NCBI GenBank assembly: GCA_030167865.1
Contig: JALAGF010001133.1
Coordinates: forward strand, 1-64,000
Origin: Craspedostauros australis
Lineage: Eukaryota
Reading direction: 5' to 3'
Length of the DNA stretch: 64,000 nucleotides
This document shows, in pieces, positions 13,838 through 25,040 of this stretch; the stretch's first letter is position 1, and every line of letters begins with the position of its first letter. Both the position numbers and the translations under genes were made by a program. The notes beneath the pieces were generated by a model, which saw only the letters and a list, made by a program, of their open reading frames with translations, had not been told where the DNA came from and made no database searches.

Positions 13838-15187
13838 CTACACGCTCGCCATGTCGCTGCCGTACGGCTTAGCCATGCCGCTGACACGCGTCGAACTGGC
13901 TATGGAGGGTTCGGGTGTCGATTCGTACAAGGCCCTCCAGTCCTCCGTGTGGACCTGATCGAGGATCATGGAGAAGCACGACACGAGGGCATCGCGCTCC
14001 AGCTTGGAGTTGCCCTGTAGATCCAGCGACCCGTTCTGCGTGAGGAGGGACAGGCAGGTTTGCTCCGGCACGCCCTGATTTTCGGGCCGCATCAGCGCGT
14101 TGGTCTTCTTGCCGACGTCGATGTAGAGCACCTGCTTCAAGGAGATGCGATGCAACGACCCGCGCATGAGAACGATGGAGATCTCGCCCGATTGGTTGGG
14201 CACCCTGCGCGGGAACTCTGTCTGCCACGTGACGGCGTCCGTCTCCTGGTCGAGGCGGATCCAGACGCGCTTGGGTTCGCACTGCACTCCGTGCGCCATC
14301 AATCGGATGCCTCTGCCCTGCAGGCGGTTCATCGTTTCCGTGAGGATCTTGGTCGGCGGGATGCGCTGGATGGCGGGATGTTCGGGCGACGGAGGCGTCT
14401 TCTGCGCTGGCGCACTATCCGGCGTGATGTAGGAGGTCGAATCGCCCGTCATGGAACGTCCGATGGAGATCATCTGGTCGCTGAAGCTCTGATTGCCGTC
14501 CCAACTGTTGCTCCAACCGTTGGACTCGTTCGAGGACATGCCGTTGATGGCGGTTGCCCTGCCTTCCAGATGGGTCCCCAGTCGCATGGGATTGCCTCGG
14601 TGCTGTCCGGTGGCAAGTCCACGTGCATCGGATGCCGATATGACGCTTTCCGGTCCCACCTTCGATGCAGGCAGCCAGTATCCACCCGCCGGCATATCCT
14701 CGTCGGTCCTGCAGGCGTAGCGCCGGCGACCCGCACCGCAGTACTGCCTGCGAAAGCCTCTCGGCGTGAGGAGGTAGAGGACCCAGAGGAACACCCATAT
14801 GCCCAAGTACGTCGTGTACGTCCAGGTGCTCTCAGGCAACGGGTTGATGTCCTGCACGGAAAGCTGAAGCGGAGGTGCGCCATTGGAATGCGCCTGCTGC
14901 AAGGGCAGTTGATAGCTGTACTGGTTGGGATCTCGCTGCGGTGGGGAGCTGAAAGGTGCGTAGGTCGGTCTCATTTCACCGTATGTGTCAAGTCGGCGGT
15001 AGCCCGGCTGCTGTTGGTATTGTTGCTGTTGCCGTTGCTGTTGATACTGCACGTTGTTCATTGCATGAGCGTTGGCATTGTCCATGTTGAAGTGCGCACT
15101 TGCGCCAACCTGTTCGGCTGCATCATGTCGCATTGATCTCCGTCGCGTTCCTCGAGTGTACCCCACTTCCTGCTGCGCATAATTCAT
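13838..15187 (-). CDS. Hypothetical single-pass membrane protein with C-terminal PH-like domain
   Basis: Long ORF from ATG 15187 (MNYAQQ). Q-rich N-terminus, one hydrophobic helix (YLGIWVFLWVLYLL), and a C-terminal PH-like pattern (KRVWIRL...VTWQ...IDVGKKT...CLSLLTQNGSLDLQ...ERDALVSCF). Confidence 0.8.
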   Translation of the reverse strand: MNYAQQEVGYTRGTRRRSMRHDAAEQVGASAHFNMDNANAHAMNNVQYQQQRQQQQYQQQPGYRRLDTYGEMRPTYAPFSSPPQRDPNQYSYQLPLQQAHSNGAPPLQLSVQDINPLPESTWTYTTYLGIWVFLWVLYLLTPRGFRRQYCGAGRRRYACRTDEDMPAGGYWLPASKVGPESVISASDARGLATGQHRGNPMRLGTHLEGRATAINGMSSNESNGWSNSWDGNQSFSDQMISIGRSMTGDSTSYITPDSAPAQKTPPSPEHPAIQRIPPTKILTETMNRLQGRGIRLMAHGVQCEPKRVWIRLDQETDAVTWQTEFPRRVPNQSGEISIVLMRGSLHRISLKQVLYIDVGKKTNALMRPENQGVPEQTCLSLLTQNGSLDLQGNSKLERDALVSCFSMILDQVHTEDWRALYESTPEPSIASSTRVSGMAKPYGSDMASV

Positions 15188-15994
15188 CTCGCCCACCGCA
15201 CGTTATGGTGTGCCGAGGCTTGCTGTGGCACTTGCACGGAAGAAGAAGGGCGAGAGAGAGAAGAGAGAGGGTTGGTGTTCCCCTCAGCTCCTCCTCTTCA
15301 ACTCAGATCAGCCGATTGAAAGTGAGATGAAATCGTTTCCACCACTGTTGCTCTCTTCCTTCACTGAATGGCTTCCTTGCGTCCTCGTTTACTTGGCAGC
15401 ATAGAGTATGGTGTATGAGTGCTCTCTAACCGTACGCGTAGCCCGTATAATATCTTAGTATGACGTCTCCGGATGCTTGCCACAACTTGAAATGCTCTCC
15501 TTCGTTTCTCAATTTCTGTCTTTGGTTCAGCCTACCGAGCTTCTGCCTTTCTCTTTGTGCGGGTTTGGTACGAGCCAAGAATGCGTTTGTTTGTGGCGGT
15601 ACCAGGACGCGCAAAACATCTCACACAACCATCATGGTTGTTCGTGTTTGTGTTTTGTTGTTGAATCCATGGGCGTTAAGTGAGCGTTATATTCCCTACT
15701 ATTCACAGGACTGTCCAGTCCAACGAATCGGACGGTGGATCGGAATGGGTCCTGAGTCATGCGATCACCAATCAACAACAAAAGAAAGAAAGATCTGCGT
15801 GTTTCGGCCTGATGTCTTCGCATCAATTGCCTCCAACCGACCTGACACGTCCGCAAAGAGTGATTCCAGAAAACGCCACGAGGACATCAGCATCGCCGAG
15901 TGATGCGATGTGATGTCTCCCTCCTTCCACTCACTCACTCACGCACAATTCAATTGATTGCAAAGAGCGTCCAAGCCAAACAACATCCACGGCC

Positions 15995-17383
15995 ATGCTG
16001 GGAAGGCACATCACGATGAAGGCGGTCACCTTCGTGCTCCTGTGCTTGCTGAGCTGCGCGACGCACGCCACCGAAGTCAACTGGGTGCCCAACGAGGATG
16101 CGGACGATGTCTCGCTGCCGATGTCCATGAAGCAACGGCAGCAGCTGTTGCAGCTGCAGCAGGCCATTCAGAGCGCGCCCGATCCCGAGAAGGTCCTCCT
16201 GCAGGTGGCCGAGGCGAATCAGATGTCACCGCAGGATCTCGTCAATATGATCGACAGGAACGCGAGGGATCTGGCGCAGGATCCTTCGTTGGCACAGCCC
16301 AAGTCGCTGCCGAAGCAGCTCTTCAAGTTGATGGGAACGGCTGCGGTCGCTCTGAACCAGGCCGCGCGCAAGCATCCCAAGGCCTTCGCGCTCATCGTCA
16401 CGTGCTGCGTTGCCACCATGTACAGCTCGTTCGCGATTCCGCGGTCCGGCCTCGTGCTGTCGAGCGGCAGCGGGATTCTTTCGAAGGGACCGACGACGCT
16501 GTGCGAGCCCCCGGCAAAATATCTTCACAAGCTTGCCAGCTTGCCAAAGATGCAGCAGCGCACCACGAGCATCAAGGCGCAGAAGGTGGCGTGGGACGAT
16601 CTGCAGCTGGATGGCGATGGCGTGGAGTCCATCAGCATGCGCGACAACAAGGAGCTGGCGCAGGCGGTCGTCGCGCAGCTGTCGCTCGACTCGGAGTCCT
16701 TGCTGGTGGATTACGACCTCGATGATGACACCATGTCTGACATGATGGATCAAGTGACCGATCTTCTCTTTGAGAATGCTATCGATATCTTGGAGCTGCG
16801 CCAGTTGACAGAATTCGTACCTCCGTCTGGCCCAAAGGGATTGCGGTACGTGACATCCGACGACGAGGACAAGCAACATGGTGTGCTGGCGGCGCGCGGT
16901 TTCGGCGACCTCGGTCTCTATGGCACTGTATTCTTCCGCGTCACCAAGGAGACCCTGTCGGATTCGGAATCCAGCATCACACTCTGCACCCTGAAAGGAG
17001 GCAACGCGTTCGATGGCCAGCTGCGTATATCCTGCCTGCGATCGGACGATGGTATCACGGTGCAAACGCATCTTGTCGTGCCGCGCAAGGGCCGCAAGCT
17101 CAGCGCAGCGAAGGCGAGGTCGATCACGGACGGCATCACGAGTTCAGTTGTCGAATCCATTCGCAAGCGCAGCGCGCAGATATTGGCGCGGCGATCGCAG
17201 TCGTCACGATTCAAGGGATCCGGCCACAACAAGGCAGCCGAACGACGGCGCAGCCGGTTCCTGAAAGAGAAGGAGATTGAAGAAATGGCAGCTGACCGAA
17301 GACGGCGCTGGCAACGGCAGAATCCGGATGCAGGTCGCTACAGACCCAGCGGTGTCCGCCAGCAGAGTCCCAATAATTGCTAG
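15995..17383 (+). CDS. Hypothetical secretory-pathway/membrane protein with signal peptide and basic C-terminus
   Basis: 462-aa intronless ORF. Signal peptide MKAVTFVLLCLLSCATHA (ATG 15995 or 16016), second hydrophobic stretch AFALIVTCCVATMY, Arg-rich tail. Confidence 0.85.
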   Translation: MLGRHITMKAVTFVLLCLLSCATHATEVNWVPNEDADDVSLPMSMKQRQQLLQLQQAIQSAPDPEKVLLQVAEANQMSPQDLVNMIDRNARDLAQDPSLAQPKSLPKQLFKLMGTAAVALNQAARKHPKAFALIVTCCVATMYSSFAIPRSGLVLSSGSGILSKGPTTLCEPPAKYLHKLASLPKMQQRTTSIKAQKVAWDDLQLDGDGVESISMRDNKELAQAVVAQLSLDSESLLVDYDLDDDTMSDMMDQVTDLLFENAIDILELRQLTEFVPPSGPKGLRYVTSDDEDKQHGVLAARGFGDLGLYGTVFFRVTKETLSDSESSITLCTLKGGNAFDGQLRISCLRSDDGITVQTHLVVPRKGRKLSAAKARSITDGITSSVVESIRKRSAQILARRSQSSRFKGSGHNKAAERRRSRFLKEKEIEEMAADRRRRWQRQNPDAGRYRPSGVRQQSPNNC

Positions 17384-17850
17384 AGAGACATACGGTTCTA
17401 AACATGTAATTGCTCACCACGCGTACTCTTCAGAGTGATATGATAGTATTCAGATTATGGCTCAAATAGAGCAGCGTGGAGGCCATGTTCGTACTTGTGG
17501 ATGGATCGCAAAGACGAGTAACATAGCGCAATGGAAGGGATCTCTTCTGCTGCCTGCCAAGTCTGCGCATGACATTGGATGGTGTCCACGTGGTTGCGTT
17601 CCGAGACGCACACAGACACATGAGAGTATGCTGGGGATGCTGCGAAGTCGACCCACTCTGAAACATCCTTCATTGTTTCAATTTCGTGAGTTGCAATGGA
17701 TTTCTGCATACGTTTGCTTCTGCTACAATTAACAAAAATACTACTGCAAGAGCAGGTTGGACTGCTCCACCGTTGTCGCATGGTGATGATTCCTCCAGTA
17801 CATTGCCGCATTCACATCCACACTCAGATCCATCATCGCTACCACCATCA

Positions 17851-18705
17851 CTACCATGCCAAGGACTTTTGATTGCGCTGTTTGTACAGTTTCCTCTCCT
17901 TGCGGTACTCCCCCCATTGCTCCTTATGCTCTGCTCTCATTCTATCACGGACGCCCTTCAGGCAGCAGATGCCGAGCAGCACGTACATGGCGCCCAGAGC
18001 GATGATGGCCCAGGCCGATACGTCGATGAAGATCTCCAGCCATGCCGTCTTCGACGAGTACTGGGAATGCGACAGGATGTCGCTCATGTGTTCGGAATAC
18101 GCCTCTTCCACGCAGCTCAGCCCCACGAAGGAGTACAGGAAGCCTCTGGAAAAGTAGTTCTGCAGGAAACCCGAGTTGGTCAAGAATGACAGCGGAAGGC
18201 TGGTCTCCACCGCCACGAAGAGCAGGCAGAATATAATGATGTGAACCTTGAGGATGAAGGCCACGACTCCCAACGTCCGGACCGAAACGACGAACAGCGG
18301 GATGAGCTGAGTGACGAGGAGCGCCAACGACGCCAGTATGCCGCAAGCCTCCAGGAAGAAGAAGATGGCCAGCAAGCAGTTGGGTCGCGGCATCTCTGGT
18401 GGGCCGATCTCGTCATCTGTGTTCTTCTTTTTCTTCTTCTTTTTGTCGTCGCCATCCCCGTCTCCTGCCAGCGGATCCCCGTCCTTCTTCTTGTCGCCTT
18501 CCCCAAACGGCGAATCGTCATCGGGTGACACCCCAGCACCGTACGTCACCTTGCTCGAAGGACCGAAGACTTCGTCTGCACCGTCTCCGTCCGTCAAGTC
18601 GATCGCGCCGGATCCAAGCAAAGCCGAGGTCTCATCCTTGCGTTCTCCATTGCCCTCGACGTCCAACCAGGTGGGGTTGTGGTCGTTGTGGTTGGTGGAC
18701 AGCAT
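17851..18705 (-). CDS. COPI-associated / TVP15-like multi-pass Golgi membrane protein
   Basis: 284 aa with about 4 TM helices. The pattern IIIFCLLFVAVE...FLQNYFSRGFLYSFVGL...GAMYVLLG resembles the COPI_assoc family. Confidence 0.7.
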   Translation of the reverse strand: MLSTNHNDHNPTWLDVEGNGERKDETSALLGSGAIDLTDGDGADEVFGPSSKVTYGAGVSPDDDSPFGEGDKKKDGDPLAGDGDGDDKKKKKKKNTDDEIGPPEMPRPNCLLAIFFFLEACGILASLALLVTQLIPLFVVSVRTLGVVAFILKVHIIIFCLLFVAVETSLPLSFLTNSGFLQNYFSRGFLYSFVGLSCVEEAYSEHMSDILSHSQYSSKTAWLEIFIDVSAWAIIALGAMYVLLGICCLKGVRDRMRAEHKEQWGEYRKERKLYKQRNQKSLAW

Positions 18706-19462
18706 TCTCTCTGCAGATGGAGATGGAGGTGGAGGTGGAGCAGAGTAGGTCGTACGTAGTCTAGAGTCCCCTGTGGACTAATGTGTATGGTGGTGGGCGG
18801 AGTCGATTTGACTGGAGCACAGCGAGCTTGGCGGCTTCACGTGTGATCGTTGTGAATGATGAGAGGAACAGATCGTGGAGGAGAGAGAGAGAGAGAGTGA
18901 TGGCGATCGTGTTGGTGTTGGGGATCACGATGACGACTGTTGCGTTAATTGGATTAGTGCTTGGTTGTGACTAAGAGCATGTCTGTGGCTGTCATCGTGA
19001 TGATGTCTTGCAGATCGCGCAGCTCTGTGCCGTGCCGCGTTGTGTGCAAAGGAGCAGCCGAGTTCCTGGAACGCTGACGAAACAACACGGAAAACACATT
19101 TCTGCCACCCGTACCGTATTTGACCAACATGACCCAACAGTAGGCTCGAATGGCTTCGCGACATTTCTTCTGTGCCTTCGGGAAAATCGGCTTCAGCGAA
19201 GCTGGTTCCAGCGAAAGTCATTTCGGTGGAACCAGAGAACACCGAATTGCAGACACGCAGCCAATCCCAACTTGAACGAAGAACACAACAAAACGGCACC
19301 GAAGACACCTCCAGCGTGCGTCTTTTGTGAGTGTGCATGCACAAATCACAACAAATGCCAACAGAGCTCACAATTTGCAAACAACTCACTCCTGCACACA
19401 ACCAACCAGCCAGCAACAATCAATCAATCAATCCACGCCACACCGCACTACAGCACATCAAC

Positions 19463-19810
19463 ATGGGATCAGCAAGCTTGAACATCGCAATCGCCATCTG
19501 CAAGCTCTCCGGACCAAGAGCAAAATCGTCATCGCTGTCGAAGCCACGTTCGTTGCTGTCGAAAATCACGAGACGCAATGCAACCGCCACCGGGGACGAT
19601 CATGACGCAGCATCTCAGCAGACGTCGTCGATGGGCGAGTGCTCATTTTCGTCGCTCGATGCGGAAAGCACTCAAGCATGCCGCCGCCACGACGGGCATG
19701 TGGACTACGAGACGCAGATGCAATCGTACATGCAAGTGCTGGACGACATGGAACAGATCTCACACGACATGCAGGATCGGTTCAATGGAAAGGACCTCAT
19801 TTTGTCCTAA
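19463..19810 (+). CDS. Small hypothetical protein, 115 aa
   Basis: ATG preceded by a CA-rich leader like those of the real genes in this window, with coding-like codon use. No recognisable domain. Confidence 0.5.
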   Translation: MGSASLNIAIAICKLSGPRAKSSSLSKPRSLLSKITRRNATATGDDHDAASQQTSSMGECSFSSLDAESTQACRRHDGHVDYETQMQSYMQVLDDMEQISHDMQDRFNGKDLILS

Positions 19811-20761
19811 GCACGCGAAGACGGGACAAATCCGCCTCCATCTTCACCATCCTCGCCATTTTCATCATCGATAGAATCCCAGCATCTTCGGTTCCACCGC
19901 ATGGAAGCAACGGCAGCTTCTGGACAGTGCTCAAACGTGCGAGCAGTTGGATAGCGAGAGGGATCGTGGCTGTCCCAACAGCATGGCCATGGGTGCGGAC
20001 AGAGACAGGAAACAATTCATACAATACAGACAGAGTACAATAATACTAGAGAAATACAATTAGACGTATAATAGACAAGTAAGAGACACATCGATACGTA
20101 CACAATACTACTGGATAGAGTACGAGTAGAGAGGAGTATTTCTACTCTGTACTGCTCGTACGTATGGCACGAGGACGCCGCAAGTGGTTGGTGTCATCCT
20201 CCAAGGCACTTCGGAGTTCGTATCAGGACTCCATACATGTACTACTATGTGTGGAGACGGCGCATCACTCTTGTGTTGCTGTCACAATAACGCGAGGTTA
20301 CCACGAGTACATACGAGCCACCATACCAGTGCGCCACTGGCAAAACAGGAATTGCTTGCCAGTGGCATGGGGCCAACGGCACCAGTGCCATACACGCAAT
20401 GCTCCGCTCTATCCACGTGGTTTGGGGCAGGGTGCTAATTCAACAGAAAGTGGTGAAAGAGCCGTCTTAACTTGTACACTTAGATTGATAGAGATTGGTG
20501 CTGAGTACTCTACGGATATTGCCGTCGCTTCGTGGGTGTGTGCTACGGCACTTCCTCAAGATCGTTCATTTGTCCGGCAAGGTCGATTCGGTCCGACTCT
20601 CTGCGTCTTGCATGCGCGCACAAGCGTACGGACCAACCTTTCTTTTGTGCTGCCGCAGAAGGTTCGCGATCATTATCTGGCTTGTGCCGTACCAATCTGC
20701 TTGCACTTCCATATGCATTCATAGCTCCTGATTGAGAAAGGCGCAAGTCCCAACCATCAAT

Positions 20762-21382
20762 TTAGCAGCCACCGACACCCTTGATGGTGAAGAGATCAGT
20801 GTCGAACTGTCCCGCAACGCCTTGGGCCCAGATCTCCATGAACTTGATGTTGCGCAGCACCGATGAGGGTGGGCAGAATGCCGGGTTGGCAAGACACGGC
20901 ACATCGATCCTGCCAGTGCCGAAGTTCCAGCTGCTGCTGAACGCAGCGAACGGGATAGTGGTTCCGTTCGTGCCGGACGCTTGGAGAGGGATGTCGGTGC
21001 GCCACTCAAATGGAATTGCCGAGGCCGCAGCCGGAACAGTGTCTCCAAAGGCGATGTAGTATCCATTGTAGCCGACAGGGGAGTTTATCGTGACCTCGAT
21101 GGCGGCGCAGCTGGAGATGTCTGGGAAGGACTTGGTGCCGACGATCTTGACGAATCCTGGTCCGTAGATGAATGGCTGGTACTGAACAGTCCCATCGAAG
21201 TAGGAACGATCGCTTGCCACGAAGAGCGCGCCGGAGGAGGACCCACCTGGAATGACTTCGTCGGTCTTTACCTCCCAGCCGCTCGGTCCACTGGTGAAAT
21301 CCTGCAAAAGGATATCTGCGTTGGCAGACGAGAGCGTGACCACGAGTGTGGCAGCGATGGCGAAGACGACGGAGAGCTTCAT
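20762..21382 (-). CDS. Secreted CIA30-like (galactose-binding-like fold) protein, tandem paralog 1
   Basis: 206 aa with signal peptide. WEVKTDEVIPGGSSSG resembles the CIA30 W..vnD.VMGG.S.g motif; also GPGFVKI, IPFAAFSSSW. Highly similar to 22826-23443. Confidence 0.75.
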   Translation of the reverse strand: MKLSVVFAIAATLVVTLSSANADILLQDFTSGPSGWEVKTDEVIPGGSSSGALFVASDRSYFDGTVQYQPFIYGPGFVKIVGTKSFPDISSCAAIEVTINSPVGYNGYYIAFGDTVPAAASAIPFEWRTDIPLQASGTNGTTIPFAAFSSSWNFGTGRIDVPCLANPAFCPPSSVLRNIKFMEIWAQGVAGQFDTDLFTIKGVGGC

Positions 21383-21400
21383 GCTGTATGCTGTTTGGTG

Positions 21401-21490
21401 TTGTTGTTAGATGTTGTTAGATGTTGTTAGATGTTGTTAGATGTTGTTTGTTGTTGTTTGTTGTTAGATGTTGTTGTTTGATGTTGTTGT
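21401..21490. repeat. Minisatellite (ATGTTGTTAG)n decaying into TTG repeats, in the 5' leader of CIA30-like paralog 1
   Basis: About 4 near-perfect 10-mers at 21401-21446, followed by degenerate copies. Confidence 0.9.
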
Positions 21491-22825
21491 GAGCTTTGCT
21501 TTTTTATGAGAGTTCGAAGGCCTACATGTTGATGTATTGTTGGAAACACCAACGGCACGAGTGAGCAGCCGATACAACATGCAAGCCAGGTTGACCCATG
21601 AAGCCTTTGTACCATGGAGTCTTGGATTGTACGACCATTGTCAGAGTTGCCTCAGACTGAACATACGTCCCAACAACACCATCGGAAGTGGGAAAGAGCA
21701 ACAAAACGTGACGTGTTTTGGATGTGTTCTGGATGTGTCTTGGATGTGTCGGCGAATTTTCCAAAGTGGTGTTTGAGGAGTTCTGGTTGTTGTCGCCCTC
21801 GTTCGGTGGAGCGCAACAAGAATGAACCCAAACAGGAAATCCGGAGGTTGTGGACCAGAGATACACGCACAGAGGAGATCGGTGCTTCCTGGGGTGTGTG
21901 TGCATGCGGTATTGGTCATGCGGAGGACACCCGCTAGAAAGGGATGGTGTCCGAGCTTCAAGCCATCTTCTGTTTCCAGCATAGCTCGTACGAGTAGCTG
22001 GCAGGCACATGCGTGGATGTGCAGCCTACGATCTATGGACCTGTACCACCACACAAGTACTGTGTGAATTATCACTTCTGTCTTGCTCATCAGTGGAAGA
22101 AGCGCGCGACCAGGAAGACCAAACTCACGAATCCCAAGGGAGGGAGAAGGGGATCTTTCCCAATTCTCGAGATGCGATGATGACACAGAGCATTCTGGGA
22201 TAAATACGACAAATCTTGTGTTGTTGCATGCAGTTTGGCTCCATTCCCGCGGCCAGAGCTCGGAGTGCCAGCACTCTGCACCACGAGTCAGAGCAGACCG
22301 AACCGCTGGCGGCGAGACTCGCGTCTCGTTGTGCTTGTAGCTTGTACGCCAATTGTCCAATTACGCTCGCCCACAACAGTATGCTACGTATGGCTCGTAC
22401 CTGTTGGGCACCTGATACATTCCAAGTCATTGTGTGGTGCGATGCTCTCTCCCCCTCCGAGAGAAAGAGAGAGTGGTCGACTCGGACGGATAGCGTGCCG
22501 TGTTTCTGCGAACGATAGCGGCAGTACTCGTGCGCACAGCACTGCAATACGGCCACGGAAGCATAACTGATCTAATCGGAAAAGAGAGAAAGAGCGGCAA
22601 AAGACTCAGCCTATACTTGTATTGGTAGGGCGGTGTGAACACGTGTACCATACCACAGGAGTACTGTTACTGCTGCATGAGTTCGAATATGAACACCCCA
22701 TGTGATGGGACAATAGGTTCACGATCACCATCCGGCTTGTGCTGGGATGATGGACTTAAAGTCGTGTGCTTGTGACCACTTATCTGCGACCCTCCTCGAG
22801 GCCAGAGAAGGCTGCGACTGCCAAT

Positions 22826-23443
22826 TTAGCAACCGAGTGCCTTGACGGTGAAGAGATCAGTGACGAACTGTCCCTCGACTCCTTGGGCCCAGATCTCCAA
22901 GAACTGGATGTTGGACAGCACGGATGGGGGTGCGCAGACGCTTGGGTCGTCAGAGCATGGGATAATGACCTTGCCGGTGGCAAAGTCCCAGTAGTTGCTG
23001 AACTCGGAGAAAGGGATGACGTATTTGTTGTCGCCAGGTGCATCAACGTGGACGTGGGCGCGCCACTCGAATGGAATTGGCATATTGTCAGTCGGAGGAG
23101 TATCTCCAAAGGCGATGTAGTAGCCATCGTAGCCGATGACAGAGTTCAAAGTGACCTCAATGGCAGCACAACTGGAGATGTCTGGGAAGGACTTGGTGCT
23201 AACAATCTTGACGAATCCTGGTCCGCCGATGAATGGCTGGTACGTGACAATCCCATCGAAGTAGGTCCGATCACCCGCCGGGAAGAGTCCGCCTTGGGAG
23301 GATCCACCTGGGATGACATCGTCGGTCTTCACCTCCCAACCGCTAGGTCCCATGGTGAAGTCCTGCAAGAGGATGTCAGCGTTGGCAGTGGAGAACATGC
23401 CCACAAGCGTGGCGGCAATTGCGGAGGAAACGCAGAGCTTCAT
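22826..23443 (-). CDS. Secreted CIA30-like protein, tandem paralog 2
   Basis: 205 aa with signal peptide. Colinear with paralog 1 (ANADILLQDFT.GPSGWEVKTD.VIPGGSS.G; TKSFPDISSCAAIEVT; EIWAQGV.GQF.TDLFT.K..GC). Confidence 0.75.
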   Translation of the reverse strand: MKLCVSSAIAATLVGMFSTANADILLQDFTMGPSGWEVKTDDVIPGGSSQGGLFPAGDRTYFDGIVTYQPFIGGPGFVKIVSTKSFPDISSCAAIEVTLNSVIGYDGYYIAFGDTPPTDNMPIPFEWRAHVHVDAPGDNKYVIPFSEFSNYWDFATGKVIIPCSDDPSVCAPPSVLSNIQFLEIWAQGVEGQFVTDLFTVKALGC

Positions 23444-24162
23444 GATGTTGGTGTTTATCGTCAGGTGTTGGTGGGTGAATCAGTGCAGTCTTTGCTTTTT
23501 GTGAGAGCACAGGGGCATGCAGGTGGACTTGTTGTTGGGAGTACGGGTGATGTGAGTACACAAACTGGTTCGACAGGCAAGCGATGTTGGAGGGCCAGAG
23601 ATCCGACACCGGAGGTCGGTGATTGGGCTGGTTTTGGATACGATTCTACAGCCATCATAGTAGGCGTCTTACTGCGCTGGTTCCAATTCCACCACCAACA
23701 ACGCCACCAACACCCATCGGAACCGAGAAAGATACAGAAGGAACCCCAACGATGAACCAGGGCGTGTTTTGGAAGCGCCAGCACATCAGCGTTTGCAAAG
23801 ATCTGGTTGGTGTCACCCTTGGGAGAACTCAGACAAGATTCGCGAACCCAAACACAAGATCAAATGCGGATCAATAAATCCAAAGGTTTGTCGCAGTTGA
23901 GAACACAGCGAAAACCGTTAGCGGGACGTCAGCAAGTGGCAATGGCTGCGGAGGACGTGGGCAATACCGTGCCGCTGGTGTCGTGTGACGCTATCCGCCA
24001 GTACTCTCCGGGAAGGGGGTTGTCCCTCTCGACCCTTGACATCACCGACCGAAGTTGTGGCACGCGATGCAGCGCAAACCATCACCCCGGGGTACGAGCC
24101 GCCCGCCGCAGATGCGGGCGCGGTACGCGTATTGGGCCAGCTGCAGACCTTGTGCGTACGAT

Positions 24163-25040
24163 CTATTCATCTTGCTTTCCCAGGACGCTGGACATCACAC
24201 CGGATGCAGGAATCTGATCATGGACACACCGAGCATGCTCGATCAGTTCGTTTCCCATCGAATACCCCAAGTCGAATCGACTCAGCATGAGCTCGACATC
24301 GCACCGGGCGCGTACCAACCGAATAATGAAATCGTGTGTTCCTGCCATGGGTCACCTCTCACCTTGCGCAATGCAGTGCTTACGAGTTGGAGATATGTTG
24401 CAGCAGCCACTAATGTGGCGATCTGCAGCGCATGCTCGCCAGCCCCCGGATCTCGTTGAGCTGCTGCGAGATGGTCCTTGGTTGGGGTGTAATTGATGTA
24501 ATCGCCTGCGAGGAAGAACGCACTGCTGTCAGTTGCTCGATCAGTGGCGCACTCGGACAGGGGGGTGCTCGCGCAAAGGTCCCACAAGCACCGACCAACC
24601 CGGAGACGGAGCTTGGAGCGAACCTCTCCGAACGGCACAAGGTCGCGCGCTGCTTGCTGAATGCGGTTGTGCACAAACCGATAGTTTGCACTGCCGATGG
24701 ACTTTGCAAGGAGGCTGTCCAGAACTGCCTCTTCCAATCGCTCCGCAAGTGGTTTATCAGTGATCGGCTCGTCGGTTTTGCCTTGAGCGTTGTCTCTCGT
24801 GCGAACGTGAGGAAAGATGAGAAGAATATCACCTCCTGCGGGATTGTTCTGCGCTTCGTGATCCCAGACCGCCTGCAGAGCATCCAGCTCAAACGAGGAT
24901 CGAATGCATGCTGTCGGTATCGGAACCTTCTGCAACGGATTAGGCATAGCTCGTAGTTTGGACGAGATGAGTTGGATCACGTTGTTTGTTGCTGCGCGGT
25001 TGTCGCCATCCATGAAATTAATCTCACCGTCAACCTTGGT
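24163..25040 (-). pseudogene. Relic of a STAND/AAA-ATPase-TPR (multi-sensor kinase-like) gene: winged-helix and helical region only
   Basis: NNVIQLISSKLRAMP...ACIRSSFELDAL...LEEAVLDSLL...YRFVHNRIQQAARDLVP...RLRVGRCL...AGEHAL...ATYLQ...DPWQEH matches the family's F.HDRIQQAAY.L and W...Y.L patterns. The similarity continues in another frame (24348-24163: DFIIRLVRARCDVELMLSRFD...ELIEHAR) and then stops. No P-loop upstream. Confidence 0.6.

Noticed and set aside
20333-20366. 11-bp perfect hairpin GCCACTGGCAA/TTGCCAGTGGC
   Set aside because: One such stem is plausible by chance in 64 kb, and there is no downstream CTRR to suggest a Helitron end.
21401-21490. Repeat array as CRISPR or telomere
   Set aside because: Contiguous 10-mers with no spacers, and the unit is not TTAGGG-like.
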